A model generated the notes under the pieces. The model was not told where the DNA came from and made no database searches. It worked only from the letters and a program-made list of their open reading frames with translations. 64,000 bases of DNA from Nitrososphaerota archaeon (GTDB lineage: Archaea; Thermoproteota; Nitrososphaeria; Nitrososphaerales; Nitrosopumilaceae). Below, piece by piece: positions 1-9,514 of this stretch. The stretch covers positions 1,172,149-1,236,148 of the forward strand of contig JAGWFT010000001.1 of assembly GCA_028867755.1 (NCBI GenBank), given 5' to 3'. Each line of letters starts with the position of its first letter. Within the stretch, counting starts at the first letter, position 1. The translations under genes and the position numbers were made by a program.

Positions 1-1
1 C

Positions 2-1432
2 CAAAAGAGCAAACTTGAAGAAGAAAAGGCAATTCAGGAACGAGAATTTACTACACTACAGAGCAAGATAGAGAGCGAGGCACCAAAAGAGCTAAAGATA
101 AAAGAGATAGAAAGTAGAAAAGATGAACTTGCTCTATATCTAAGAAATGCTGTAACATCCATCAAAAGAGAGATTGCCGAGAAGGAGCGAAAATTTGCAG
201 ATTGCTCTAATAGCTTACCAATTTTATCCCTCAAGCCACAGATAGAATCCGAGTCAAGACAAATACAACATGACATTGAACAAATACGAATAGAATCAAC
301 AGACATAGGCGAAAAGATAGCCAAGATAAAAGGACAGCAAGAGATTGCTGGCAAGTTGCATATGATAGATGGCAAATGTCCTGTATGTGATTCCAAAGTA
401 GACCACATCAATCCCTTGTTTGAAGAAGAACACTTACGTGCAGAACTTGATATTCTTGGAAAAAAGATGGTAGTTCTCTCTCAAGAAGAAGTTGTTATTC
501 AAAACAAGAAAAAAGAGATAGATGCAAAGACTCAACAGATCATAAAGGCAGAAAGCGTCCTGTCCTCAAACAACATAAAAAACCAAAATGACTTGGTAAG
601 ATTAAAAGAAGAAATTTCAAGTTTACAAACTAATATCAAACAAGTACCCCTCGAGGTCAGCACAACAGGAAATCTAATGCAATTTGCAATAGATGAATAT
701 TCAACTGATGCAATCAGAACTATATCATCACTAATAGAAGAGACAAAAGACTTTGATGTTGCAAATTTTAGAAATCTCAAATCAAAACTAGAACCACAGC
801 GAAAACTTCTCAATACAATATATCAAGAACTTGGTGCAATGACCAATAGGCTAAAGTCACATAAAGAAGAATCAGAAAAAATTTCACAGATACTAGGAGA
901 GTTGCATTATGTAAGACAATACGTCTCAAGTCTTGAGACCATCAGAGGCCAGATTTACAATAGAGATGGCCCTGTTGCTACAAGTCTTCGCTCGTGGGCA
1001 CTTGGAATGATATCGCAGAAAGCCTCAGAGTACTTGGCTACATTTAACGTAAAGATTCAGAGAATCAACCTAGAGGACAAGGCAAGAGATATTGGAATTA
1101 CGTGTTACTCTGGTAACACAACACTGGATTTAGAATCATTGAGCGGTGGAGAAAAGGTCAGTGTAGCACTTGCATTGCGCCTTGGCATGGCTCACCTCAT
1201 GGGTTCGTCTCACCTGAATTTTATCATTCTTGACGAGCCGACAACACATTTGGACCAAGAGAGAAGAAAGTCTCTTGTAAGTGTGCTCTCACAGGCTTTT
1301 GAATCAAATGTGGATGCAATATCGCAGTTTATCATAATTACACATGACTCTGAAATCTTTGAAAACTCTAACATTAATGCAATATATGATTTCAAATCAA
1401 CACAAGAAGGAACACTGGTTACTCCAATTTAG
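2..1432 (+). CDS. rad50: Rad50/SbcC SMC-like ATPase, C-terminal half (5' truncated by window edge)
   Basis: Frame open from position 2. Zinc hook CPVC, coiled coil, ABC signature LSGGEK, Walker B FIILDEPT, H-loop IITHD. Confidence 0.9.
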   Translation, partial: QKSKLEEEKAIQEREFTTLQSKIESEAPKELKIKEIESRKDELALYLRNAVTSIKREIAEKERKFADCSNSLPILSLKPQIESESRQIQHDIEQIRIESTDIGEKIAKIKGQQEIAGKLHMIDGKCPVCDSKVDHINPLFEEEHLRAELDILGKKMVVLSQEEVVIQNKKKEIDAKTQQIIKAESVLSSNNIKNQNDLVRLKEEISSLQTNIKQVPLEVSTTGNLMQFAIDEYSTDAIRTISSLIEETKDFDVANFRNLKSKLEPQRKLLNTIYQELGAMTNRLKSHKEESEKISQILGELHYVRQYVSSLETIRGQIYNRDGPVATSLRSWALGMISQKASEYLATFNVKIQRINLEDKARDIGITCYSGNTTLDLESLSGGEKVSVALALRLGMAHLMGSSHLNFIILDEPTTHLDQERRKSLVSVLSQAFESNVDAISQFIIITHDSEIFENSNINAIYDFKSTQEGTLVTPI

Positions 1433-1923
1433 CCGCCAGTCATCTTTGCAAATTTTTCGTTCTTGCAAAGACTTTCCATGAATTTTAGGTTAGATAGTGC
1501 AACTACTGCAGAATCACGTACCTGTTCACTTGAATCCAAGAGCGCTTTTTGTAGTGTCTCCTTTGCGTCCTGAGATCCAATAACTCCAAGGGCAACAGCA
1601 GCTTCGTGTCGTACAAACAGACTAGGATCGTTGCGTGTTGCATCTTCTAGTGGACCTATTCCGCTTCTCAGACACATCTGCCCCAGAGAAAACGCCGCCT
1701 CGTGTCTTACCAACTCGTTAGAATCATTCTTTAGTATATTTGCAATATACGGAACAACATCTTCTCCGCCCATATCTACCAGTATGCAAACAGCTCTGCA
1801 TCTAATTACAAAATCTTTGTCACCTAATAGAGTAACAAAGTATTGCTTGTCCTTTTTTTCATATCTTTCTTCCATTTCAGATAGGAGCTCAAGGCGGCCA
1901 TTAGGAATAAGTTCCATGCACAC
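1429..1923 (-). CDS. HEAT-repeat (PBS-lyase type) protein resembling one half of deoxyhypusine hydroxylase
   Basis: HEAT repeats with two His-Glu motifs (VRHEAAFSLGQ, VRHEAAVALG) 32 aa apart. Confidence 0.8.
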   Translation of the reverse strand: MCMELIPNGRLELLSEMEERYEKKDKQYFVTLLGDKDFVIRCRAVCILVDMGGEDVVPYIANILKNDSNELVRHEAAFSLGQMCLRSGIGPLEDATRNDPSLFVRHEAAVALGVIGSQDAKETLQKALLDSSEQVRDSAVVALSNLKFMESLCKNEKFAKMTGG

Positions 1924-1957
1924 AATTTTATAATCGCATATTTATTTCAATGACTAG

Positions 1958-2416
1958 ATGAGTCGATTACGATACTGGAAATTAACAGTGGAGGATCTCA
2001 GAAAGGCGCAGTATGATCCAAAAAAGGTTCTCATCTGGGAAATAAAATGTACCATAGATGAGCAAGGTACACATTTTGGAGTATTTTGTTACAGAAACGG
2101 TACTCCGTGGGATTATGCATCTATCCACGGAATTGTCTTTTATCACAATCAAATAAGCAAAGAAGAGATAGACAAAATAACAAATTTCCTAAAGGGCAAG
2201 TTTGGTGGCGAACCAGCAGAAAAGGGTAGCAGGATATTTTTGAAGGACTCAAAGGAGATCTATCAACCAAAGGAGATAGCAGACTTGGCAGTTCAGCTGG
2301 GAGATACTTTTGAGGCAAGCACAGAACTAACGGTAGAACTTGAGAACTTTACAATTCCTGAGCAGGAACAAAGCAACTTGCCTTCAAGCAAAATTCTCCC
2401 CATACCTGGCAAGTAG
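1958..2416 (+). CDS. Hypothetical protein
   Basis: 152-aa ORF with protein-like composition, divergent from the HEAT gene and upstream of tatC. Confidence 0.75.
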   Translation: MSRLRYWKLTVEDLRKAQYDPKKVLIWEIKCTIDEQGTHFGVFCYRNGTPWDYASIHGIVFYHNQISKEEIDKITNFLKGKFGGEPAEKGSRIFLKDSKEIYQPKEIADLAVQLGDTFEASTELTVELENFTIPEQEQSNLPSSKILPIPGK

Positions 2417-2450
2417 ATAAATAGGGTTTTGACAAATTCAAAGATCTCTG

Positions 2451-3248
2451 ATGGATAAGTCAATGACAATCATGGAGCATCTAGATGAGCTAAGAAAGCG
2501 AGTCTTCAGGATGGTCATTGCAGTTGGAATTATTACTTTCTTTATTCTAGGATTTCATTTGACGCCATATACCTACAATGGAATACATCTTTACTATCCA
2601 ACTTTTAGTCCCTTTGACAACATAGCAGCACAGGCTACTGTATCCATGAAACATCATCTGCTTCCTCCTACGGTACAATTAATTCAAACAGCCCCAGGGC
2701 AAGCATTTTTTGCTCAATTTTATGTTGCAGTTTTGCTTGGCATCGCAATAGGAATGCCAGTAATAGTAAAGGAATTCATTGGATTTCTAACGCCAGCACT
2801 TGGCAAAAAAGAGATCCACATAATAAAATCAATCACTGCACCTGCAATTGGTCTTTTTGCAGCAGGTTGCATATTTTCATATTTTGTTGTCACGCCATAC
2901 ACGCTAGCATTTCTCTACAAGTATGGAGAATCTGCAGGTCTTCTTACTTTTCTTAACATAGTAGATTTTATCACATTTGTATTGCAGTTTGCACTTGCAT
3001 TTGGCGTATCATTTCAGCTACCGCTAATAATGTATGCAGTGACTGCTTCAGGAATGGTTGGTGAGAAATTCTGGAGAAACAACATAAAGTGGGCCGTAAT
3101 TGCAATGGTAATTTTAGGAGCTGCAATAACACCTGACGGCAGTGGTGTGACCATGTGGTTTGTTGCAGGACCTCTCATAGTTCTATACCTAGTAGGCATG
3201 TTCCTCTCAGAGAGACATGCAAATCAGATTGCAACACTTAAATCTTAA
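2451..3248 (+). CDS. tatC: Twin-arginine translocase subunit TatC
   Basis: EHLDELRKR N-terminal motif, about 6 TM helices, FQLPL and ITPD motifs. Confidence 0.95.
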   Translation: MDKSMTIMEHLDELRKRVFRMVIAVGIITFFILGFHLTPYTYNGIHLYYPTFSPFDNIAAQATVSMKHHLLPPTVQLIQTAPGQAFFAQFYVAVLLGIAIGMPVIVKEFIGFLTPALGKKEIHIIKSITAPAIGLFAAGCIFSYFVVTPYTLAFLYKYGESAGLLTFLNIVDFITFVLQFALAFGVSFQLPLIMYAVTASGMVGEKFWRNNIKWAVIAMVILGAAITPDGSGVTMWFVAGPLIVLYLVGMFLSERHANQIATLKS

Positions 3249-3269
3249 TCTGCCGCATTAAGAGCACTC

Positions 3270-3446
3270 ATGGCATATGAGAATCTAATAATTGCAGTAG
3301 TGATTATCGGTGTATTGATTTTTGGAGCAAAGAAGATCCCTGAACTAGCTCGAACATTTGGAAAAGCCAAAGGCGAATATGAGAAAGGAAGAATTGAAGC
3401 AGACAAAGAGCTAAAAGAGTTCAAGGACAAAGAAGAACTCAAGTAA
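3270..3446 (+). CDS. tatA: Twin-arginine translocase subunit TatA/E (58 aa, missed by ORF track)
   Basis: Manual translation MAYENLIIAVVIIGVLIFGAKKIPELARTFGKAKGEYEKG... gives a TM helix, FG hinge and amphipathic helix; directly after tatC. Confidence 0.92.
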   Translation: MAYENLIIAVVIIGVLIFGAKKIPELARTFGKAKGEYEKGRIEADKELKEFKDKEELK

Positions 3447-3482
3447 AGAACGCTTTTTACCCATACAAAAATAGATATCCAC

Positions 3483-4574
3483 ATGATCAAAAGATCAGAG
3501 ATTCAAAAAATAGTAAGAGAGTACTCTGATCTTTCCATAGGTGTTCTTGGCAGCCATTCTGCTCTTGAGATAATGGATGGCGCCAAAGACGAAAATTTCA
3601 AGACTAGAGTAGTATGCCAAAAAGGCAGAGAGGTTCCGTATAAGAGATTTTCAAGAATCGCAGACGAAATTATCATGGTAAACAAGTTCAAAGACATGCT
3701 TTCTGCCAAGATGCAATCAAAATTTAGGGCATCGAGTACCATAATAGTACCACACCGAGCTCTTACTGCATATCTTGGATATAATGCAGTAGAGAACAAA
3801 TTCAACGTACCATTGTTTGGAAATCGTGCACTATTTCAGGCAGAAGAACGCTCATACAAGAAAAACCAATATTATTTGCTACAAAAGGCCAAGATTAGGT
3901 TACCGCGAATCTTCAAAAACCCAAAGGACATAGATAGGCCTGTCATAGTTAAGGTTCAAGAAAAAACACGTAAGCTGGAAAGGGCCTTTTTTATCGCAAC
4001 ATCTTATGCAGATTACAAAGATAAGACAGAGAAGAAGATAAGGCAGGGGCTAATCTCAAAAGAAGCATTAAAGATTGCAAGCATAGAGGAATTTGTAGTT
4101 GGAACCTACTTTAATTTCAATTATTTCCATACACCGATATCAGACGAGGTAGATTTTCTTGGAATTGAAAGAAGATTGCAGACAAATGTTCATGATTTTG
4201 TTTCATTGCCTGCAAAGCAGCAACTTGAGATAGGCATGGAATTACAAAATATAGAAGTAGGCCATACACCTGCCAGCATACGAGAATCGCTGCTAGAAAA
4301 AGTCATAGAAGCAGGAGACAGGTTTGTTGCAGCAGTAAGAAGAGAATACGCCCCAGGCATCATAGGTCCGTTTTCACTTCAGAGTGTCATTACACGAGAT
4401 CTTGAGATATTGGTGTATGATGTATCCCTTAGAGTTCCAGGCAATCCAATTCTTGCAACTACCAGTCCCTATACAAAGTACAAATACGGAACAACTTTTG
4501 GCGTTGGCAGAAGGATAGCTATGGAGATAAGAAAAGCTCAGCAAGAAGGCAAGATCGAACAAATAGTAACCTAG
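3483..4574 (+). CDS. purP: Formate-phosphoribosylaminoimidazolecarboxamide ligase (PurP family, ATP-grasp)
   Basis: IGVLGSHSALEIMDGAKDE N-terminus, GHTPASIRESLL, GIIGPFSLQ, GRRIAMEI motifs. Confidence 0.88.
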   Translation: MIKRSEIQKIVREYSDLSIGVLGSHSALEIMDGAKDENFKTRVVCQKGREVPYKRFSRIADEIIMVNKFKDMLSAKMQSKFRASSTIIVPHRALTAYLGYNAVENKFNVPLFGNRALFQAEERSYKKNQYYLLQKAKIRLPRIFKNPKDIDRPVIVKVQEKTRKLERAFFIATSYADYKDKTEKKIRQGLISKEALKIASIEEFVVGTYFNFNYFHTPISDEVDFLGIERRLQTNVHDFVSLPAKQQLEIGMELQNIEVGHTPASIRESLLEKVIEAGDRFVAAVRREYAPGIIGPFSLQSVITRDLEILVYDVSLRVPGNPILATTSPYTKYKYGTTFGVGRRIAMEIRKAQQEGKIEQIVT

Positions 4575-4996
4575 GCTTCCATTTTTTCTTTTAAGAGATT
4601 TTTTCTGACAAGTATTGGTATGTTATAAAATGATGCTAGTGCGATGGCATCAGAAGCTCTGTAATTTCGCATGACAAGATCATTTTTTCCTGTAAAGTAG
4701 AGATTGGCACGCAATACGCTTCCGCTTTCGTACACCTTTATCCTAACAAGAACAAGCTCATTGATTTCAGCAATCTCTTCAATCATGTTGTATATTGTAG
4801 GAATTGCACCTCTTTCTCCTTCAATAAAATTTGTGATGTGTCGTGCAACTTCTCCTGAAAAAGCTCTCATATGGAATTCTTTACCGTTATCAGCATGCAA
4901 TACAACTAGCCCTTCTACTCCATATGGATCAACAAAACCAACGTAAGTTATCTTAGTCTCTGCATAATCAGAATCCTGAGGCTCGTCTATCTTCAC
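4571..4996 (-). CDS. Bifunctional nuclease family (DUF151/BFN)
   Basis: RASDAIALA motif with IPILV; size about 140 aa. Confidence 0.8.
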   Translation of the reverse strand: MKIDEPQDSDYAETKITYVGFVDPYGVEGLVVLHADNGKEFHMRAFSGEVARHITNFIEGERGAIPTIYNMIEEIAEINELVLVRIKVYESGSVLRANLYFTGKNDLVMRNYRASDAIALASFYNIPILVRKNLLKEKMEA

Positions 4997-5083
4997 GGCT
5001 GGTTTCTATCAAGCGTCATTGCAGATAAATACTTTGAAAAAAACAGATAGAATTTAATGTCACCATACATCGTTTTTTACTAG

Positions 5084-5926
5084 TTGGAAAAACAGAGTAC
5101 AGTGCATCGTTCACATCGAGTACTTATCATTATTGGATTTTTAGCAATTGCAGTATCTTTTCTTGCATACTCAAGAAACAATGAGATCACTGTAACTCCG
5201 GCTGCCATGCCTGCACTACGAAATCTAGCACTAGCAACCTATGTAGTCTTGTTCACTTCATTTGGTGCAATAGGCTGGGGACTGTACAAATTTTACAAAG
5301 CCAAAACAGAATTTCCTGACGCATCAACTGCCTCGATAATTTCCAACGCGATAAACAACAAGAGAGCAAAACAGATCTTTATCATAAGTGCTATAGGATA
5401 TGGAATATTTTTTGGGTTAACGTCTGGAATAATCCTTTACAAACCAGAGATCAATGCTACGGATTATGGCTTTCCAACTCCCCCACATATTGAGCTCTCA
5501 CCTTGTTGTGATCTGCCAGGCTATATGCCAATGATATTTGCCTTTTTCACAGAACATGTAGGATTACAGATTGCTCCACTAAACTTGGTTCTTCTTGTTG
5601 CAGTATCTTTTCTTGTGGGACTGAATTTTTCCCTCTCGGCTACTGCATTTACAGTTGCAAGAAGTGCAGGAAAATTGGGCGCATTTGGTGCGATAACAGG
5701 GCTCTTTGTGGGTTGTCCGACTTGTGCAGGTACAGCCTTTACAATGCTTTTTGGCCTCGGAGCTAGTGCGACCAGTGTTACATTGTTCTTGACAAGCTAT
5801 GAAGCCCAGTTACAAACAATATTCATAGCTGCTTCAATTCCTATCTTGCTTGCTACACCTTTCATAATGGCAAGAAAGATAAGAAAAACACAGAATGGAA
5901 GTTGTGCGTTAGAACCTAAGCAGTAG
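5084..5926 (+). CDS. Multi-pass membrane protein with CC and CxxC motifs
   Basis: About 6 hydrophobic segments; SPCCD loop and GCPTCAG motif. Confidence 0.75.
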   Translation: MEKQSTVHRSHRVLIIIGFLAIAVSFLAYSRNNEITVTPAAMPALRNLALATYVVLFTSFGAIGWGLYKFYKAKTEFPDASTASIISNAINNKRAKQIFIISAIGYGIFFGLTSGIILYKPEINATDYGFPTPPHIELSPCCDLPGYMPMIFAFFTEHVGLQIAPLNLVLLVAVSFLVGLNFSLSATAFTVARSAGKLGAFGAITGLFVGCPTCAGTAFTMLFGLGASATSVTLFLTSYEAQLQTIFIAASIPILLATPFIMARKIRKTQNGSCALEPKQ

Positions 5927-6206
5927 ATTTTGTGACCTGCGGGGTTTTCCAGTCACCTATATTGTAACCATCTTGCCTGAGATATTTGAGAGTGAGTTTG
6001 TAGACTAGTTCATCATGATCAGATGTCTCAAGAATTTCTGTCCATGAAACCACCCCAGTTTGTTCGATCTTTTTTGCAAGTTGAGAGGATACCGATTGTG
6101 CTATTTCCTTGCATTGGTCAAACGTTTTGCCATTTTTGTAGGCTCTAGTGCGAGTATCACAGGCATCCATGGCGTAAAGAGTACAAGACCCAAATAAAAA
6201 GTTCAA
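5916..6206 (-). CDS. Hypothetical protein
   Basis: 96-aa ORF with protein-like composition. Confidence 0.65.
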   Translation of the reverse strand: MNFLFGSCTLYAMDACDTRTRAYKNGKTFDQCKEIAQSVSSQLAKKIEQTGVVSWTEILETSDHDELVYKLTLKYLRQDGYNIGDWKTPQVTKSTA

Positions 6207-6261
6207 TTTTTCATCTAATCAATAGAAGAGTTTTAAACCAAATGAGATTTTATTTTATCAA

Positions 6262-7170
6262 GTGCCATCAGAGAATAACCAGAAATTTATCAACATAAAT
6301 CCCTTCAATGCGTTTTTGTGGACATTTCGTCGAAATGAAAATGATGTCATAAATCTATATGATGCTCTTTCTTCCCTAATGCAAATTTCTACTGGAAGCA
6401 ATATGCTCAACTTTGGATACTGGAATGAAAATACGACTAACCCCTATGAAGCACAAACTGCACTTTGTAAAACTATTGCAAATATGTCTGAACTAGAATC
6501 TGCAAGAAATGTATTGGATGTCGGAAGTGGATTTTCTGAACCTGCAGTCATATGGAAATCAGAGTTTCCTCATATCAAAATTTCTTGCTTAAACGTAAAT
6601 CCAAAACAACTCAGTTTTGCCTCAAAAGTTCTCAAAAATAATACATCAGGTAAGATAAGTTCGAACTCATCAGAAATCAATCTTGTCAACTCTACGGCTA
6701 CAAAATTACCATTTGCAAACAAGTCCATGGACAGAATAATTGCATTAGAGTCTGCCCAACATTTCAAGCCATTTTCTGAATTTGTGTCAGAATGCAAGAG
6801 AGTTTTAAAGGACAAAGGTATTCTGTCATTAGCCATACCGACACTATCAGGATCAACAAAGTCTTTAGAAATTTTCAAGCTTGGGATACTTTCCTTTACA
6901 TGGTCATCAGAACATTACAATCTTGAAAATGTCCAAAAGATGGTTTTGGATGTGGGTTTTGATGTTGTTTCTACAAAATTAGTAGGCACAGATGTATACG
7001 AGCCACTTGCTGATTATTACATAAAAAACAGAGAGATGCTAAGATCAAAGATACTGCTTCAATATTCGCCCTATGTTGAGAAGATCCTCTTCAATTCATT
7101 GTTAAAAATGAGAAAAGTGTGTGAAAACAAGACCATAGATTATGTTCTTTTAAAGTGTGTCTTACAATAA
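6262..7170 (+). CDS. Class I SAM-dependent methyltransferase (sterol/tocopherol/small-molecule MTase-like)
   Basis: LNFGYW, motif I VLDVGSGFS, post-II LPFANKSMD, LESAQH. Confidence 0.85.
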   Translation: MPSENNQKFININPFNAFLWTFRRNENDVINLYDALSSLMQISTGSNMLNFGYWNENTTNPYEAQTALCKTIANMSELESARNVLDVGSGFSEPAVIWKSEFPHIKISCLNVNPKQLSFASKVLKNNTSGKISSNSSEINLVNSTATKLPFANKSMDRIIALESAQHFKPFSEFVSECKRVLKDKGILSLAIPTLSGSTKSLEIFKLGILSFTWSSEHYNLENVQKMVLDVGFDVVSTKLVGTDVYEPLADYYIKNREMLRSKILLQYSPYVEKILFNSLLKMRKVCENKTIDYVLLKCVLQ

Positions 7171-7334
7171 AGAACAAACCCTTATTTTCTGGTATGATGT
7201 GGTGATATCATAATACCAGTTTGTCTGGTACCCACTGCGTAGAGTAATTTCTACGCAGGTGCCATTTTATTATTAACCAATGCATCCCAGATCGGAGAAA
7301 AAGAATTATTAGCACATTTTAGCTAGTTTGAGGT

Positions 7335-7499
7335 ATGGGCCTGTTTAAAAAAAAGGAAACCCCCGAAACAAAATGTAAAGAGTGTGGTCTTGAATTCAAT
7401 GACCCAGTACGTTTAGACAGACATATGAAAAAAGCCCACCGTCACGCGCCACAAAGGAAAACCGATGAGCAAGGTTTCACCACTGGCGGCATGTGGTAA
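7335..7499 (+). CDS. C2H2 zinc-finger microprotein (54 aa, missed by ORF track)
   Basis: Manual translation MGLFKKKETPETKCKECGLEFNDPVRLDRHMKKAH...: C-x2-C-x3-F-x8-H-x4-H. Confidence 0.85.
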   Translation: MGLFKKKETPETKCKECGLEFNDPVRLDRHMKKAHRHAPQRKTDEQGFTTGGMW

Positions 7500-7543
7500 G
7501 ACTACGATAGGTATAATTCACGTTTCAAACGGCTATAGTAAAG

Positions 7544-8170
7544 TTGGTTACTGCAGAGATACTTGGTAATTTGACGAATTTTATAATTCAGACTATATCA
7601 AACTCTGGTTACATGGGAATTTTCCTCCTCATGGTTGCCGAAAGTGCGCTTATTCCAATACCAAGTGAGGTCATCATGCCGTTTTCAGGATATCTTGTCT
7701 CAACGGGAAAGTTCAATGTTGTATTTGTCATCATTGCAGGGTCCATAGGAAATCTGGTGGGTGGGCTTATTGCATATTTTGTAGGATCATACCTTGGAAG
7801 GGGGTTTATCTTAAAATATGGCAAGTATGTTTTGCTCAAAAAATCACACTTGGAATTTGCTGAATCTTACTTTAAAAAATACGGAGATAGATCAACTTTC
7901 ATCAGTAGGCTTTTGCCAGCGATAAGGACATACGTTTCTTTACCTGCTGGAGTTGCCAAAATGAACCTAAAGAAATTCGCAGTTTTTACTCTTGTAGGCT
8001 CCATAATATGGAGTACTGCTTTAACATATGTTGGCATAGCATTAGGCGAGGAATGGAACAGCATCAGAAAGTATTCTAATTATTTTGATGCAATAGTCGT
8101 AATAGTCATAATAATTGCCATTATTGTATACTGGAAGAAAAAAAAGACTACACCAGCCGATGATTCTTAA
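7544..8170 (+). CDS. DedA family membrane protein
   Basis: ESALIPIPSEVIMPFSG and SRLLPAIRTYVSLPAG motifs. Confidence 0.92.
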   Translation: MVTAEILGNLTNFIIQTISNSGYMGIFLLMVAESALIPIPSEVIMPFSGYLVSTGKFNVVFVIIAGSIGNLVGGLIAYFVGSYLGRGFILKYGKYVLLKKSHLEFAESYFKKYGDRSTFISRLLPAIRTYVSLPAGVAKMNLKKFAVFTLVGSIIWSTALTYVGIALGEEWNSIRKYSNYFDAIVVIVIIIAIIVYWKKKKTTPADDS

Positions 8171-8438
8171 AGTGAGTTAGCTCTTCAAGTATGATTTTGA
8201 ACATTGTTTCCTTGTCAAGTAAAACGCATGGAATGTCGTTCTCCTTGCATGCCTTGCCAACCTCAGTATCTTCAGTTACCATTATCATGCCATTTTCTTC
8301 AGCATATCTTATCACCGAATAGTCACTAGTAAGCTTCTTTCCTTCTGTAATCAGTTTTTTTACGCTAAATGCATTATACCCAAATTCCTTGAGCTTTATG
8401 TCCATTCCGTCATACATCTCATCAACTAGCACTTTCAT
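8148..8438 (-). CDS. PIN-like (DUF5615/Mut7-C type) domain protein
   Basis: MKVLVDEM, SDYSVIRYA and MVTED motifs of minimal PIN-like domains. Confidence 0.75.
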   Translation of the reverse strand: MKVLVDEMYDGMDIKLKEFGYNAFSVKKLITEGKKLTSDYSVIRYAEENGMIMVTEDTEVGKACKENDIPCVLLDKETMFKIILEELTHFKNHRLV

Positions 8439-8712
8439 ATTGTAACCTCAAAAGAGCGTGTTATTTTTACCATATGAATATAAAATAGCCTTTGATGATT
8501 TAGTTAATATAAAAATGAAAATGGCGTAATCTTACTATTGCATATACGACGTTATTACCTAGATAATAATTATTTGGAATTTAATTAGAATAATACTCTT
8601 CCAATATTTCTATCATATTAGAAATTTTTTCAGTACTGATTTTTGATATAATTTGTAGATCTATATTGAAAAGGCGTATATACTTGCCATTCTGCTCCCT
8701 AGGTAGATCATC

Positions 8713-9507
8713 ATGAACACGCAAGTCTTTAATGGTTCAAGTGAAACCCTTGGTGAAGTTCAATTAGAATGCAAAGATCTAGCCTATTCATATTCAAGCT
8801 CTCACGTTATTTTCAAGGATATCAACATCAAGACATATACTGATGAGCTAGTAGCAATAGTGGGCCCTTCAGGTACGGGAAAATCAACTTTAATTAGAGT
8901 ACTTGCAAACCTGATTCCGCCTACTGCAGGCCATGTGTTTCTAAATGGTATTGAAGTAAAAGCCCCGTCTTCTCAGATCTCACTTGTTCACCAATCTATC
9001 GCTACTTTTCCGTGGATGACAGCTCTTGATAACGTCAAGATAGTTTTACGAAACAAGGTCAAAGATGATGAAGCCACCGAGATAGCAAAAAAAATGATTA
9101 CCTTGGTGGGATTACAGGGACATGAAGACAATTACCCCAAAGAAATGAGCGGTGGAATGAGACAAAGAATAGCTATTGCAAGGGCACTAGCAGCTTCTCC
9201 AACTATAATGTTGATGGACGAGCCCTTTGTGCATCTTGATGAACTTACAGCAAACTCACTTAGAAGTGAGATCTATTCGATTGTCTTCAACCCTGAAAAC
9301 GATCTAAAATCAGTAATTCTTGTATCACATAATTTACATGAAGTGGTCCAATTGGCTGATAGAGTTTACGTGATGGGCGGTACACCTGCACAAATTATAA
9401 ATGAAATCAAAATTGATTTGCCCCGACCAAGATCGGAGGAAGAACCCATATTTTATGAATATGTCAAAATGTTGTACAATGATCTAATACCAAAAGAATC
9501 ACGGTGA
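8713..9507 (+). CDS. ABC transporter ATP-binding protein, NitT/TauT family
   Basis: Walker [36 protein letters not shown]. Confidence 0.92.
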   Translation: MNTQVFNGSSETLGEVQLECKDLAYSYSSSHVIFKDINIKTYTDELVAIVGPSGTGKSTLIRVLANLIPPTAGHVFLNGIEVKAPSSQISLVHQSIATFPWMTALDNVKIVLRNKVKDDEATEIAKKMITLVGLQGHEDNYPKEMSGGMRQRIAIARALAASPTIMLMDEPFVHLDELTANSLRSEIYSIVFNPENDLKSVILVSHNLHEVVQLADRVYVMGGTPAQIINEIKIDLPRPRSEEEPIFYEYVKMLYNDLIPKESR

Positions 9508-9514
9508 TTGATGA

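Noticed and set aside
3245-3490. 81-aa minus-strand ORF in the track
   Set aside because: Antisense shadow of the real tatA gene at 3270-3446.
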